A DNA stretch of 64,000 nt from Alphaproteobacteria bacterium (lineage in GTDB: Bacteria; Pseudomonadota; Alphaproteobacteria; Bin95). Positions within the stretch are counted from its first letter, which is position 1. The number at the start of each line of letters is the position of its first letter. Positions 19,022 through 30,298 of the stretch are shown here, one piece after another. The position numbers were made by a program, and so were the translations under genes. The notes under the pieces were generated by a model. That model worked only from the letters and a program-made list of their open reading frames with translations, was not told the origin of the DNA and searched no databases. Where the stretch lies: contig CAXXWS020000003.1 of the NCBI GenBank assembly GCA_963665325.3, positions 160,001-224,000 of the forward strand. Reading direction: 5' to 3'.

Positions 19022-20044
19022 ATGTTGAGACATCCATTGGCGGCAGTGTTCCTGCTCCTGGCGCTCCAGACAGCTTCGGCCGAACCCGCCGGCTTTCGCG
19101 GCGTGACCATCCCCGCGGAGCATCACGGGCGCGGGATGACCGGCGCCCTCTGGTATCCGTCCGCCGGGGGCGGCGAAGCGGTTTCATTCGGCGAGAACGG
19201 CGTCTTCCACGGCACCCGGGTACTGGACGGCGCCCGGATGGCGGAGGGGCCGTTCCCCGTGATCCTGGCGAGCCACGGCCTCGGCGGCCATATCGGCGCG
19301 CTCGGCTGGCTCACCGCCGGCCTGGCGGAGGCCGGTGCGCTCGTCATCTCCGTCAACCATCCGAACAGCACGCGGGAGGATTTCGACCTCCAGGAAGGGC
19401 TGAAGCACTGGACGCGGACGGAGGACCTTCGGGCCGCCCTCGCCTGGCTGGCCGCTGAGCCGCAACTCGCCGCCATTGCGGACCTTTCCCGGATTTACGC
19501 GGTCGGCTTCTCCGCCGGCGGCTGGACGGCGCTCTCCCTCGGCGGGCTGCGCGCCGATCTGGAAGGCTATGCCGCCCACTGCAACACCGCGCCGCCCTCG
19601 CCCTGGCAGTGCGCCGACCTGACAAGGCGCGGAGCGGACCTCACCGCCTATTCCCCTACGGAATGGAACGCCGGGCGCAAGGACGGCCGCGTCCGCGCCG
19701 TGGCCGCCATCGACCCGGCGCTGACCTACGGCCTCGGCGAGGACCATGCGCGCGAGCTCGTGGACAAGGTGCTGCTGGTCGGCCTCGGCACGGCCGAAAC
19801 GCGCCTCCCGGCGACCGACTTCAGCGAGACGGGAAGCGGCCTGGCCGCCCGTCTCCCCCATGCCGAAATCGAGATCATGGCCCCGGCGGCGCATTTCTCC
19901 GCGCTCCTGCCCTGCAAGCTGCGCGGGGCCGCGATCCTGGCTGCCGAGGGCGACGATCCGGTCTGCGACGACCCGCCGGGCACGGACCGCGCCGCGCTGC
20001 ACAAACGTATCGTGGCCCGCATCGCGGCGTTCCTTGGCCTGTAG
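19022..20044 (+). CDS. Exported alpha/beta hydrolase (dienelactone-hydrolase-like)
   Basis: Signal peptide; LWYP, SHGLGG, GFSAGG nucleophile elbow. Confidence 0.85.
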   Translation: MLRHPLAAVFLLLALQTASAEPAGFRGVTIPAEHHGRGMTGALWYPSAGGGEAVSFGENGVFHGTRVLDGARMAEGPFPVILASHGLGGHIGALGWLTAGLAEAGALVISVNHPNSTREDFDLQEGLKHWTRTEDLRAALAWLAAEPQLAAIADLSRIYAVGFSAGGWTALSLGGLRADLEGYAAHCNTAPPSPWQCADLTRRGADLTAYSPTEWNAGRKDGRVRAVAAIDPALTYGLGEDHARELVDKVLLVGLGTAETRLPATDFSETGSGLAARLPHAEIEIMAPAAHFSALLPCKLRGAAILAAEGDDPVCDDPPGTDRAALHKRIVARIAAFLGL

Positions 20045-20219
20045 GCGACAAGACGGAATCCCGTAGGGCAGCGATAATATGTCACTATATCCATGGTGGA
20101 AGGCCGCCGCGCCGCGGGGGCCCTGCGCTGCGGTCCTCGACCGGGAACGCGGGAGGGGATGAGCAGCAGCGTCCGACGGCGCGGCAAGCCGGACCGGATG
20201 ACGCGAGAGGAACTCTCCC

Positions 20220-23200
20220 ATGGTGGTTCAGCCGGATACGCAGCAGGCCGAATTGTTCGAGGAAATCGCCGTGCTCGCTCGCGAGCGGCTGGGCAGCAAG
20301 GACCTCGATGCCGCGCTCCCCTTCATCGCCCTCTACTATGCCGGCGCCTCGCTGGAGGACCTGGCCGAGCGCCGGCCGGACGACCTCTACGGCGCGGCGG
20401 TGGCCCATCTCAACCTCGCCCGCCGGCGCACGCCCGGCCAGCCGAAGGTCCGCGCCTATAACCCCCAGATCGAGCAACATGGCTGGCAGTCCACCCACAC
20501 CATCGTCGAGATCGTCACCGACGACATGCCGTTCCTGGTCGATTCCGTGCGCATGGTGCTTAACGGGCGCGGCTATACGAGCCACCTCGTCATCCATCCT
20601 GTTATGCGCGTCCGCCGGGGGCAGGAGGGGCGCATCGAGGCCATCCTGCCCGTGGAGGACCCGGACGAGGAAGGGGCCGCCGTCGAGGCGCTCATCCATA
20701 TCGAGACCGACCGCCAGACGGAACAGGCGGCGCTCGACGGTATCGCGGCCGAGATGCTCTCCGCGCTCGGCGATGTGCGGGCCGCCGTGGAGGACTGGGG
20801 CACCATGCGCGAGCGGATGCGCGGGTGCATCGAGGAGCTCTGCGCGCTGCCGCCGTCGGTCGGGAGCGCGGAACGGGACGAGGTAATGGCCTTCCTCGAA
20901 TGGCTCGAGGACGACCATTTCACCTTCCTCGGCTACTGCGCGAGCCGCGTCGAGCGCACCTGCGGCAGAGCCGGCCTCTCACCGGAGCCCGGCGCCGGGC
21001 TCGGCCTGCTGCGCGGCGAGGGCGAAGGCATGCCGCAACCGGTGCGGGACCTGACGCCGCCCGGTCCGGGCGGCGCGGAGGCTGCCGAGCTCCTGGCGAT
21101 CACGCGCGCCGATGCGCGCTCGCGCGTGCACCGGCCGAGCCATCTGGACTGCATCGCCGTCAGGCAGTTCGACGCCGACGGCAATCTTGCCGGCGAACAC
21201 CGTTTCCTCGGTCTCTACACCTCCGATGCGTTCAACGGCGTGCCGCGCGACATTCCGCTGTTGCGGCTCAAGGCCGACGACCTGCAGCGCCGCGCCGGCT
21301 ACCCCCCGAACAGCCACGCCGCCAAGGCGCTGCAGAACATCGTCGACACCTTTCCGCGCGAGCTCCTGTTCCAGATCCCGGTCGAGGAACTGTTCGAGAC
21401 GGCGACCGGGATCCTGCATCTGCAGGAACGCCAGCGTATCCGCCTGTTCGTTCACCCGGACCGGTTCGGGCGCTTCTATTCCTGCATCGTGTTCGTGCCG
21501 AGGGACCGGTTCACCACCCGGATCCGGCTGGTGATCCAGGGGATTCTGGAAGAGGCGCTCGGCGCGACGGACACCGAGTTCACGGTGCACCTGTCGGAGT
21601 CGGTGCTGGCCCGGCTGTTTTTCGTCATGCGCGTCGATGCCGCGCGCGCGCCGCAATACGACCTCGCGGACCTCGAAAGGCGGCTCAGGGTCGTCAGCCG
21701 CAGTTGGGCCGACGAGCTGCAGGACGCCCTGCTCGACCGTTTCGGCGAGGAGAAGGCCGCGGGGCTGTTCCGGCGCTACGGAGAGGCCTTCCGCGCGGAC
21801 TATCGCGAGGCCTACACCGCGCGGGTCGCCGTGCTCGATGTCGAGAAGATGGAGCGTATCCGGGAGAACGGCATCGAGATGAGCCTCTACCGCCCGCTCG
21901 AGGCCGAGGAAGGGCGGCTGCATTTCAAGCTCTTCCAGCTCGGACGAAAGCCGGTCGCGCTGTCCGATGCGCTGCCGATGCTGGAGAATATGGGCCTCAA
22001 GGTCGAGGACGAGCATCCCAGCAAGATCAAGCGGACCGACGCGCCCCGGGTGTGGCTGCACGATTTCGGGCTGCTGCACGGGGAGGGACCGGAATTCGAC
22101 CCGAACCGCATCGACGGGATATTCCGCGACGCCTTTGCCCGCATCTGGTCGGGCGAAGTGGAGAATGACGGCTTCAACCGGCTCGTGCTGAGGGCGGGGA
22201 TCGGATGGCGCGAGATCGTCGTCCTGCGCGCCTATTGCAAGTATCTGCGCCAGGCCGGGACTGCTTTCAGCGAGGCCTACATCCAGAATGCGCTGGCCGC
22301 CAATCCCGAAATCGCCCGCATGCTGGTGGAACTGTTCGAGGTCCGCCTCCACCCCGCCCGGCAGGACGAACCGCCGGGAGCGAAGGATGCGGCGGCAGCC
22401 CGGCTCGACAAGTCGCTTGAAGTCATGGCCCGGATCGAGGCCGCCCTCGAAGCCGTGGCGAATCTCGACGAGGACCGGATCCTGCGCAGCTATCTCGGCG
22501 TCATCGGCGCCACCTTGCGCACCAACTACTACCAGCCCGGCGCCGACGGCGCGCCGAAGCCCTACCTTTCGTTCAAGCTCGACCCGCATCGGATTCCCGA
22601 GCTGCCGGAGCCGCGGCCGAAATTCGAGATCTTCGTTTATTCGCCGCGCGTCGAGGCCGTGCATCTGCGCGGCGGCGGCGTTGCGCGCGGCGGCATCCGC
22701 TGGTCCGACCGGCGCGAGGATTTCCGCACCGAAGTGCTGGGGCTCGCCAAGGCCCAGACGGTGAAGAACGCGGTGATCGTGCCGGTCGGCTCGAAGGGGG
22801 GCTTCGTGCCGAAGAAGCTGCCGCTATCGGCGGGCCGCGAGGCCGTACAGGAAGAGGGGGTCGCCTGCTATCGGACCTTCATCCGGGGGATGCTGGACCT
22901 CACCGACAACCTGGTCGGGGGCCAGGTGGTTCCTCCGCCGCAGGTGGTGCGCCATGACGGCGACGACCCCTATCTGGTGGTCGCGGCCGACAAGGGCACC
23001 GCGACCTTCTCCGACATCGCCAATGCGCTGGCCGGGGAATACGGCTTCTGGCTCGGCGATGCCTTCGCTTCCGGCGGCTCGCAGGGCTACGACCACAAGG
23101 GCATGGGCATCACGGCGCGCGGCGGGTGGGAATCGGTCAAGCGCCACTTCCGGGAACTCGGGATCGATTGCCAGGCGACCGATTTCACGGCCGTCGGCAT

Positions 23201-25085
23201 CGGGGACATGGGTGGGGACGTGTTCGGGAACGCGATGCTGCTCTCCCCGCATATCCGGCTCGTGGCCGCGTTCAACCACATGCACATCTTCATTGACCCG
23301 AGCCCGGACGCCGAGAGCACCTTCGCCGAGCGCCAGCGCCTCTTCGCGCTGCCGCGCTCAACTTGGGACGATTTCGACCGCTCGCTCCTGTCGCCGGGCG
23401 CCGGCATCTACCCGAGGAGCGCCAAGTCCGTCCCGCTCGGCGCGGAAGCGCGCGAGGCGCTGGGCACCGATACCAAGGCCCCCACGCCGAACGAGCTGAT
23501 CGCCCTCATCCTCAAGGCGCCCGTGGACCTGCTCTGGAACGGCGGCATCGGCACCTATGTCAAGTCGCAGCAGGAAAGCCATGGCGATGTCGGCGACCGG
23601 GCCAACGACGCCGTGCGCGTCAACGGCGAAGACCTGCGGTGCCGGATCGTCGGTGAAGGCGGCAATCTGGGCTTCACCCAGCTCGGGCGCATCGAATATG
23701 CGGCGAAGGGCGGGCGGATAAACACCGACGCCATCGACAATTCCGGCGGGGTGGACTGCTCCGACCACGAGGTGAACATCAAGGTGCTGCTGAACGAGGC
23801 GGTGTCCGCCGGCGACATGACCGGAAAGCAGCGCAACCGCCTCCTGGAGGAGATGGCCGGCGAGGTGGCGGAACTAGTGCTGCGCAACAACTATCTCCAG
23901 AGCCAGGCCCTGAGCGTCGCGGCGAGCCAGGCGTCCTCCATGCTGGAAGTGCATGCCAGGCTCATCCGCCGGCTCGAGCGCGACGGCGAGCTCGACCGCG
24001 AGATCGAGTTTCTTCCGGGGGCGGAGGAAATGGGCGAACGCCTGGAGGCGAAGGGCAGGCTCTTCACCCCGGAGCTTGCCGTGCTGATCGCCTATGTGAA
24101 AATCGGCCTGTTCCAGCGTCTGCTCGCCTCCGACCTGCCGGACGAGCCATTCGCGGCCAATGAGCTCCGCGCCTATTTTCCGACCGCGCTGCGCGAGCGT
24201 CACGGCGGCCTTATGCCCTCCCACCGGCTTGCGCGCGAAATCGTCGCCACCCAGGTCGCCAACGAGATGGCGAACCGCTGCGGCATGACCTTCGCGTTCC
24301 GGCTGGGCGAGGAAACCGGGGCCGACGATGCGGACATCGCCCGGGCCTATCTCGTCGCTCGGGAGGTTTACGGCATACGCGAGACCTGGGAGGCGATCGA
24401 GGCGCTGGACGGCCAGGTGGGAGCGGATATCCAGATTTCGATGCTGCAGGAAACCCGCAAGCTGGTGGAGCGGGCCGCGCGATGGCTGCTCCGGAACCGG
24501 CCGCGCCCTCTCGACATCGCGCGCGACATCGAGCATTTCGCCGTCGGCGTGACGGCGTTCCGGGAAGGGCTGAGGGACCTCGTCGCCGCCTCGAGCCGGG
24601 GCGCCATCGACGCGGCGGCGGACCGCTTCGTCGAGTCCGGGGTTCCCGAAGGCCTGGCGGCGGAGGTGGCGTGCTGCGACGACATGCTCTCGGCACTGGC
24701 TGTCGTGGAGGTCGCGGCGAGCGCGGCCATCCCGGTCGAGACCGCAGCATCGGTCTATTTCGAGCTCGGCGAGAAGCTCGATCTCCACTGGCTCCGGGAC
24801 CGGATCGCAGCCCTGCCGCGCGACAATCGCTGGCAGGCGCTGTCCCGCGCCGCGCTGCGCGACGATCTCTACGCCCAGTTGAGCGCGCTTACCCTCGACT
24901 CGCTCAGGCTCGACGCCGGCAAGGGGGCGCCGGCCGGCCGCGTGGATGCCTGGCTCAGGCGGAACCGCATCCCCGTGGCCCGCTGCCGGCAGATCGTCGG
25001 CGACCTGATGAATGCCGGGCAGACCGACTTCACCATGCTCTCGGTCGCGATGGGCGAGATCCGGACGCTGCGCCAGACGGACTGA
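20220..25085 (+). CDS. gdhB: Large NAD-specific glutamate dehydrogenase
   Basis: 1621 aa; ARGGIRWSDRREDFRTEVLGL, YLVVAADKGTATFSD, GYDHKGMGITARG, DNSGGVDCSDHEVNIK. Confidence 0.97.
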   Translation: MVVQPDTQQAELFEEIAVLARERLGSKDLDAALPFIALYYAGASLEDLAERRPDDLYGAAVAHLNLARRRTPGQPKVRAYNPQIEQHGWQSTHTIVEIVTDDMPFLVDSVRMVLNGRGYTSHLVIHPVMRVRRGQEGRIEAILPVEDPDEEGAAVEALIHIETDRQTEQAALDGIAAEMLSALGDVRAAVEDWGTMRERMRGCIEELCALPPSVGSAERDEVMAFLEWLEDDHFTFLGYCASRVERTCGRAGLSPEPGAGLGLLRGEGEGMPQPVRDLTPPGPGGAEAAELLAITRADARSRVHRPSHLDCIAVRQFDADGNLAGEHRFLGLYTSDAFNGVPRDIPLLRLKADDLQRRAGYPPNSHAAKALQNIVDTFPRELLFQIPVEELFETATGILHLQERQRIRLFVHPDRFGRFYSCIVFVPRDRFTTRIRLVIQGILEEALGATDTEFTVHLSESVLARLFFVMRVDAARAPQYDLADLERRLRVVSRSWADELQDALLDRFGEEKAAGLFRRYGEAFRADYREAYTARVAVLDVEKMERIRENGIEMSLYRPLEAEEGRLHFKLFQLGRKPVALSDALPMLENMGLKVEDEHPSKIKRTDAPRVWLHDFGLLHGEGPEFDPNRIDGIFRDAFARIWSGEVENDGFNRLVLRAGIGWREIVVLRAYCKYLRQAGTAFSEAYIQNALAANPEIARMLVELFEVRLHPARQDEPPGAKDAAAARLDKSLEVMARIEAALEAVANLDEDRILRSYLGVIGATLRTNYYQPGADGAPKPYLSFKLDPHRIPELPEPRPKFEIFVYSPRVEAVHLRGGGVARGGIRWSDRREDFRTEVLGLAKAQTVKNAVIVPVGSKGGFVPKKLPLSAGREAVQEEGVACYRTFIRGMLDLTDNLVGGQVVPPPQVVRHDGDDPYLVVAADKGTATFSDIANALAGEYGFWLGDAFASGGSQGYDHKGMGITARGGWESVKRHFRELGIDCQATDFTAVGIGDMGGDVFGNAMLLSPHIRLVAAFNHMHIFIDPSPDAESTFAERQRLFALPRSTWDDFDRSLLSPGAGIYPRSAKSVPLGAEAREALGTDTKAPTPNELIALILKAPVDLLWNGGIGTYVKSQQESHGDVGDRANDAVRVNGEDLRCRIVGEGGNLGFTQLGRIEYAAKGGRINTDAIDNSGGVDCSDHEVNIKVLLNEAVSAGDMTGKQRNRLLEEMAGEVAELVLRNNYLQSQALSVAASQASSMLEVHARLIRRLERDGELDREIEFLPGAEEMGERLEAKGRLFTPELAVLIAYVKIGLFQRLLASDLPDEPFAANELRAYFPTALRERHGGLMPSHRLAREIVATQVANEMANRCGMTFAFRLGEETGADDADIARAYLVAREVYGIRETWEAIEALDGQVGADIQISMLQETRKLVERAARWLLRNRPRPLDIARDIEHFAVGVTAFREGLRDLVAASSRGAIDAAADRFVESGVPEGLAAEVACCDDMLSALAVVEVAASAAIPVETAASVYFELGEKLDLHWLRDRIAALPRDNRWQALSRAALRDDLYAQLSALTLDSLRLDAGKGAPAGRVDAWLRRNRIPVARCRQIVGDLMNAGQTDFTMLSVAMGEIRTLRQTD

Positions 25086-25164
25086 CGCCGCCGGGGGCCG
25101 CCCGCCCTTGGCAAGCGGAGATTTGCGGGGTTTCCTGTTGCGCCCGATTCCAGGGAGCGTTCCC

Positions 25165-26562
25165 ATGAAGGTCGATCCCATCAAGTTCGAAGTCCTGCGC
25201 AACGGCTTTCTCGAGGCAACGGAGGAGATGGCGCTGGCGCTGCGCCGCAGCGCCTATTCCACCAACATCAAGACCCGGTGCGACTTCTCGTGCAGCCTGT
25301 TCGACAGGGACCTCCGTCCGATCGCGCAGTCGTTCAGCCAGCCCAACCACCTGGGCTCGATGGTGGGGACGGTGCGCCAGGCAGTCCTCGAATACGGGCC
25401 CGGGAACCTCGGCCCCGGCGATCAGCTGGTCGTCAACTATCCCTACCCGAGCGGCGCTCACCTTAACGACATCGTGGTGATTGCGCCGTTCCACTACCGG
25501 GGCGAAGTCCACGGCTATTTCGGCAATCTCGCCCATCATGTCGATGTGGGCGGCGGCGCGCCGGCGAGCGTGGGGGCATTCCGGGAAATTTACCAGGAGG
25601 GCGTGATCATCCCTCCGGTGAAGATGGTGAAAGCCGGCGAGATCGTGGACGACGTGTTCCGGCTGATCCTTTGCCAGATCCGCTCGAAGCGCGAGACCGC
25701 CGGCGATTTCCGGGCGCAATTCGCAGCCAACAATACCGGCGTCCGACGGCTGACCGCGCTGTTCGACCGTCACGGCCCGGATACGGTGAACTTCTACATG
25801 GACGAGCTCATCGAATACACCGACCGGCACACGGCGGCCGAGCTCGCGAAGCTGCCGAGGGGCGAGTATGCCGCCGAAGGGTATGTGGACAATGACGGAT
25901 TTACGGACCGGCCGGTGCGCCTGGCGGTCCGGGTGGCGGTGGACGACGACGGCGTGCTGTTCGACTTCACGGGATCGGACCCGCAGCGGCGCGCGCCCGT
26001 GAACTCGACCTGGGCCCAGACCTATTCCGCCGCGGCCTACGCGCTGAAATGCGTGGCGGACCCGGACCTGCCGGTCAACGCAGGCTTCTACCGGCATGTG
26101 CGGCTGGTGGCCCCGGAGGGGACGGTCGTGAACTGCGTGCATCCCTTCCCGGTGGTGGCCGGTTGGGAGACCCAGGTCCGGCTCAACGACACCATCTTCA
26201 AGGCGCTGGCTCAGGCCATACCCGAGCGCATGATCGCCGGCACCAAGGCGATGCAGTGCCATGCCGGGTTCGGCGGCGCCGACCCCCGCACGGGCTCGTA
26301 TTACTGCTACCTGGAGACGCTCGGCGGCGGCTATGGCGCCCGGGCGCAGAGCGACGGCCCGGACGCGGTCCAGACGCACGGGCAGAACACCGAGAACGCG
26401 CCGGTCGAGGAAACCGAGATCAACTATCCCGTGCGCATCCTGCGCTACGAGCTGGTGGAGAATTCGGAGGGCGCCGGCCGGCAGCGGGGCGGCCTCGGGG
26501 TGCGGCGCGACTACCGGTTCGACGACCACGAGGTGACCTTCACCATCCTCGCCGACCGCGAT
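25165..26562 (+). pseudogene. Hydantoinase B/oxoprolinase, 3'-truncated
   Basis: MKVDPIKFEV..., RSAYSTNIK, HHVDVGG, GGGYGA, PVE..E..YP motifs; family similarity stops after TILADRD and the usual C-terminal region is absent; frame reads on to 27078 through unrelated DNA. Confidence 0.8.
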
Positions 26563-27077
26563 CCCCAGAGCCGCACACGCCGCCAGCAAGACACTGCCTG
26601 GCTTGGTCAATTCAGTCCTCCCGTCCGGGCGCGGCCCGGACCTGTTTACGGCATCGGCCCTGCAAAGGCAGGGAGCGGTCACGAGACCAGCGAAACCGTG
26701 GCGCTTAGACTCCGGTTTTCGCCGAGGCCGTTGTTCCGCAGCAATTGCACGGAAACCCTTCCCGTGGAGGCGCCCGCCGGAATCGTCAGCCGCACGGGTT
26801 CATCGGCGAAATCCTGGCCCGGAACGGCCGGCTTTTGCGCCGGCCCCGGGCACAAGACGAACTTCGACCGCGATATCCTCGGGCGCCGGGGACGACAGCA
26901 CGACTTCCAGAAGGATCGAGTCGCCGCTTTCGACGTTGTCCTGCAGGAACCGGACTTCCGCGACGGCGACAGGTCCGGAGACGGTGTCGCGGGCAACGGT
27001 CCTGATTCGGCCGTCGCCTTCGACGGGCCGCCACAACTCGGAAGCGTCCGGCGCGGAACCGCCGGCCGCCACGCCTA

Positions 27078-28123
27078 GAGCGTGATGATTTCATACGGAA
27101 GCATATCCAGCGTTTTGTAGGTAGTTGGCGCATTCACGGGGTGAGAAGCGTTCGAGGAGGGTGCCGATACGCTGCCATGTGGTTTCGGTGGTTCGTTCGG
27201 CGGCGTCTCGCAACAGATGTTTGAGTTTGGCGAAGACCTGCTCGATCGGGTTCAGGTCGGGACTGTATGGCGGCAGGAACAGCAAGTGGGCGCCGGCATT
27301 TCGGATGGCCTTTCTGACGGTTGCGTTTTTGTGGCTGGCAAGATTGTCCATAACGACCACATCGCTTGGGGCCAGCGTGGGGACGAGGAAGTGTTCGACA
27401 TAGGTTTGGAAGGCCTTGGCGTTGACCGGTCCGTCGAGGACGCAAGGCGCGTCGATCCGGTCGACGCGCAGTGCGGCGATGAAGGTCATGGTACGCCAGT
27501 GGCCGTGCGGCGCGCGCCCGATCAGGCGTTTGCCCTTCGGCGCCCAGTCGCGCAGCGGAGCCATGTTGGTTTTGGCCCAGGTCTCGTCGATGAAGACCAG
27601 CCGGCGCGGATCAACCCGTTTCTGGTGGCGTTTCCAGCGCGTCCGTCGGCGCGCGACGTCCGGGCGGCATTGCTCGCTGGCCAGCGCGGTTTTTTTTGAA
27701 CGAGTAGCCCGCCCGATGCACCGCCGACCAGACCGTGCGGTAATCCACCCGGAGGCCGCGCGCGGCCAACTCGCTCACCAGACCACGCAGGGTGAACGGG
27801 GTTTCGATCCGCTCCAGAAGCCAGTCCTCATACGCCCCGACGATCTTGCGCGGACGCCGCCCGCCGATCTTCGCCGGCGCGCAACTGCCGGTCGCCCGCA
27901 GACGCTGCGACCACTTCACGATACTCGACGGCGCCACAGAGAGCGCCGACGCCACCTGACGGACGCTCTGTCCCTCGGCCAACCGGACCATCGCGCGTTC
28001 GCGCAAGTCCATCGAAATTGCACGGCTCATCGCCCAAGCCTCCACTGTCGGAAAAACAACAGTGAATCAGCTCAAGCCTGAAACCGGAATCCCCTTGCGA
28101 TTCTCAATTAAATCATCCCGCTC
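27078..28123 (-). mobile_element. IS630-family insertion sequence (1,046 bp)
   Basis: IRs GAGCGTGATGATTT / AAATCATCCCGCTC; TA duplication at 27076-77 and 28124-25. Confidence 0.95.
27091..28045 (-). CDS. IS630 transposase (OrfA/OrfB joined by -1 frameshift at A8 run 27690-27697)
   Basis: OrfA HTH SMDLRERA...; OrfB VFIDET, VVMDN..HK, LPPYSPDLNPIE (DDE_3). Confidence 0.93.
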
Positions 28124-28737
28124 TAGCCCTTCCCACCTCGGCGGTTTCGCCCGGCTTCCGAGCGGCATCCTGAAACCAACGCGGAACGACACCCCGTCCG
28201 CGCCCGTGCCGGAACGGTCGTAGCTTGCGTCGAGATGCAGCCAGTGATGGGGCCGCCATCCGAAGCCCAGACGCATGCCGTCGGTACGGCGCCCGGATGC
28301 TGTGCCGGACTCTCGGAGATAGGCGGCACTCATGCCAAGCGTGGTGGTGAGGCGCAGGCGCGCTGACAACTCCGTACCCCCGAGCGCCCGTTCCTCCCAG
28401 CCCCGGCGGCCGGGGCGCCAGCTCGTGGTCGGGATGAAGTGGCGGAGCGAACCGCTTCCCCATCTGCCGGCATAGTCGATCCCGGGAACGAGAACCTTGT
28501 GCCGCCGTTCGGCATTGTGCAGCTGGAGCAGGGAGAGCCCGAGAATGCCGGCATCGGGCGCCTCCGAAACCCTGAAGCGATAGAGGGGGCCGTAACGAAA
28601 ATCGTTGCGTTGCGCGCCGTCGCCGTCGCGCCAGTCGGTAACGCCCTGCTGAAGGAACAGCGCCGATCCGGACGGTTGCTCCGCTGCCGCCGGTTCCCCA
28701 CCGGCAAACGGAATAACGATGTCGAGGTCGCCGGTTA

Positions 28738-29583
28738 GGGTCGGGACTCAATTGGCCCACCAGGCGAGAGTTGCGGCGATGAAGACGGCCGACAAGAATG
28801 TATCGGCGCGTTTGTCGTAGCGGGTTGCGATACGGCGAAAGTCTTTGAGGCGACAGAACATACGCTCGATGCGGTTACGGAGCTTGTAGGCTGTGGCGTC
28901 GAAGGAGTGCGGGTTCTTCCGCGTGGACTGGGGCGGTATCACCGGTTCGCAGCCGCGGTCGGTGAGCCAGTTACGGAACTTGCGGGCATCGTAGGCCCTG
29001 TCGGCGATCAATCGCTTTGGTGCGGGGACCTGCTTCAGGAGAGCCCCGACCCCGGCAAGATCGTGGGCCTGGCCGGGCGTAAGGGTGAATGCCACGGGCC
29101 GGCCGGCCTCATCGGTCAGGGCGTGAATCTTGGTCGTCCGTCCGCCGCGAGATCGTCCGATCGCGTGTTCATATTCCCCCCTTTTGCGCCGGCAGCCGAA
29201 CGGTGAGCCTTTACGTGGGTGGAATCGACAGCGGTCGTGCTGATCACGCCACTTGAGCCCGACAGGGCGTAGAACACATCCTCCCACACACCCTGTTTGC
29301 TCCACCGGTTGAACCGATTGTAGATCGTCGTATAGGGGCCATACTCCGCCGGACAATCCCGCCAGCGCGCTCCGGTCTTCAACATGTGGACAATCCCAGA
29401 GATCACCCGGCGGTCATCAACCCGGTGTGCGCCGCGACGACCATGAGGAAGCCAAGGTTCGATCCGTGTCCATTCCTCCTCGCTCAACCAAAACAGCGTC
29501 CGCGCCATTCAAACCTCCATATCGTTTGGAAACTTGAATCACATTCCAGACTCTGTCGGAATCCCCTAATCGAGTACAGACCC
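28738..29583 (-). mobile_element. IS5-family insertion sequence, IS427-like subgroup (846 bp)
   Basis: IRs GGGTCGGGACTCAATT / AATCGAGTACAGACCC; TA duplication at 28736-37 and 29584-85. Confidence 0.93.
28748..29508 (-). CDS. IS5 transposase (two ORFs, frameshift at AAAAGGGGGG about 29176-29185)
   Basis: WLSEEEW..IEP, DDRRVISGI, WRDCP..YG..TTIYNRF.RW; GRSRGG.TTKIH, IADRAYD, YKLRNRIERMF.RLKDFRRIATRYDK. Confidence 0.93.
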
Positions 29584-29984
29584 TAGCCTGATCCCGTCCG
29601 GAGCAAGCGAATAAGCCGGCTTTCCGACCAGCCGGAAGCGCGGTCCGAAGGCCTCCTTGTCGTATTCGTTCGCCAAACCTGCGCCTTCGTCGAACAGCAC
29701 GGTCAGGCCGGCGCCCAGGAGGCAGCGTGCACCCTGCGAAAGCGATCCGTTTGCCGCCGTTCCGCATCCGTCCGCACGAACTTGCAGTTCGTCCCAAAGC
29801 CGGTCGGCCGGATTGGCCCGCGCGGCCGAAATGTCGGCGACGGCCGCAGCGGAAAGGGCAGCGGCGACCAACAGCGCAAACATCTTCTGCGGGATACAAG
29901 GCGGCACAAGGAGGTCTCTCATGTCATTGCCTGCCAAAACACTGTTCAAATCGAACTCCCGGCCCGTCAGAGCCGTGCGCTGGG

Positions 29985-30089
29985 CCCTACGCCTGGCTCA
30001 AGGCTACGCTGGAGAAAATCGCCGCCGACCAACCCTACTGCCGAGTCGAAGAACTCCTGCCCTGGAATTTCAACCCGCCGTCAAGCTGA
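29985..30089 (+). pseudogene. IS66 transposase (TnpC) C-terminal remnant
   Basis: PYAWLKATLEKIAADQPYCRVEELLPWN* matches the IS66_C pattern; no intact CGCTTAC end found. Confidence 0.65.
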
Positions 30090-30269
30090 AAGCCGCTTGC
30101 CTCTCCCGCACCGCTAGGACGAGCGATGAGTTTGGGAAGCCACGTGCGAACCAGCGCAACCGGCCGCGGTTAGCGTGGAAGCCGCCGCAGCGGAGGCAGA
30201 GAGAAACTGTCGTCTGGAAATACTCAAAGATGGTCCTTTCCTTGTCCGGCCCCAGGGGCCCACTCCAGC

Positions 30270-30298
30270 GCCGGTACATTCTTGCTCCACCGTTGACA
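30270..30298 (-). mobile_element. Orphan IS21-type terminal inverted repeat
   Basis: Reverse complement TGTCAACGGTGGAGCAAGAATGTACCGGC; 24/29 identical to the end at 45497. Confidence 0.6.

Larger units (their letters stand above)
26679..29922 (-). pseudogene. Inverse autotransporter (intimin/invasin-like barrel plus Calx-beta-like domain) disrupted by IS5, IS630 and a frameshift
   Basis: Removing each IS and one TA joins ...DGIRL|TGDLDIVIPF...GIDYAGRWG...TTSW..GWEERALGGTEL...PRWEGL|GVAAGG... in frame; frameshift near 26840 precedes PAVPGQDFADEPVRLTIPAG. Confidence 0.72.

Noticed and set aside
17893-20044. Membrane AraC plus exported hydrolase as a novel system
   Set aside because: A familiar divergent regulator-enzyme pair; nothing unusual in the motifs
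26623-26647. GTCCGGG/CCCGGAC hairpin as a terminator
   Set aside because: Short stem with a weak U-tract; such hairpins are common at this GC content
25012-27078. 688-aa hydantoinase B with a novel C-terminal domain
   Set aside because: The tail is read-through into the antisense strand of the inverse autotransporter remnant
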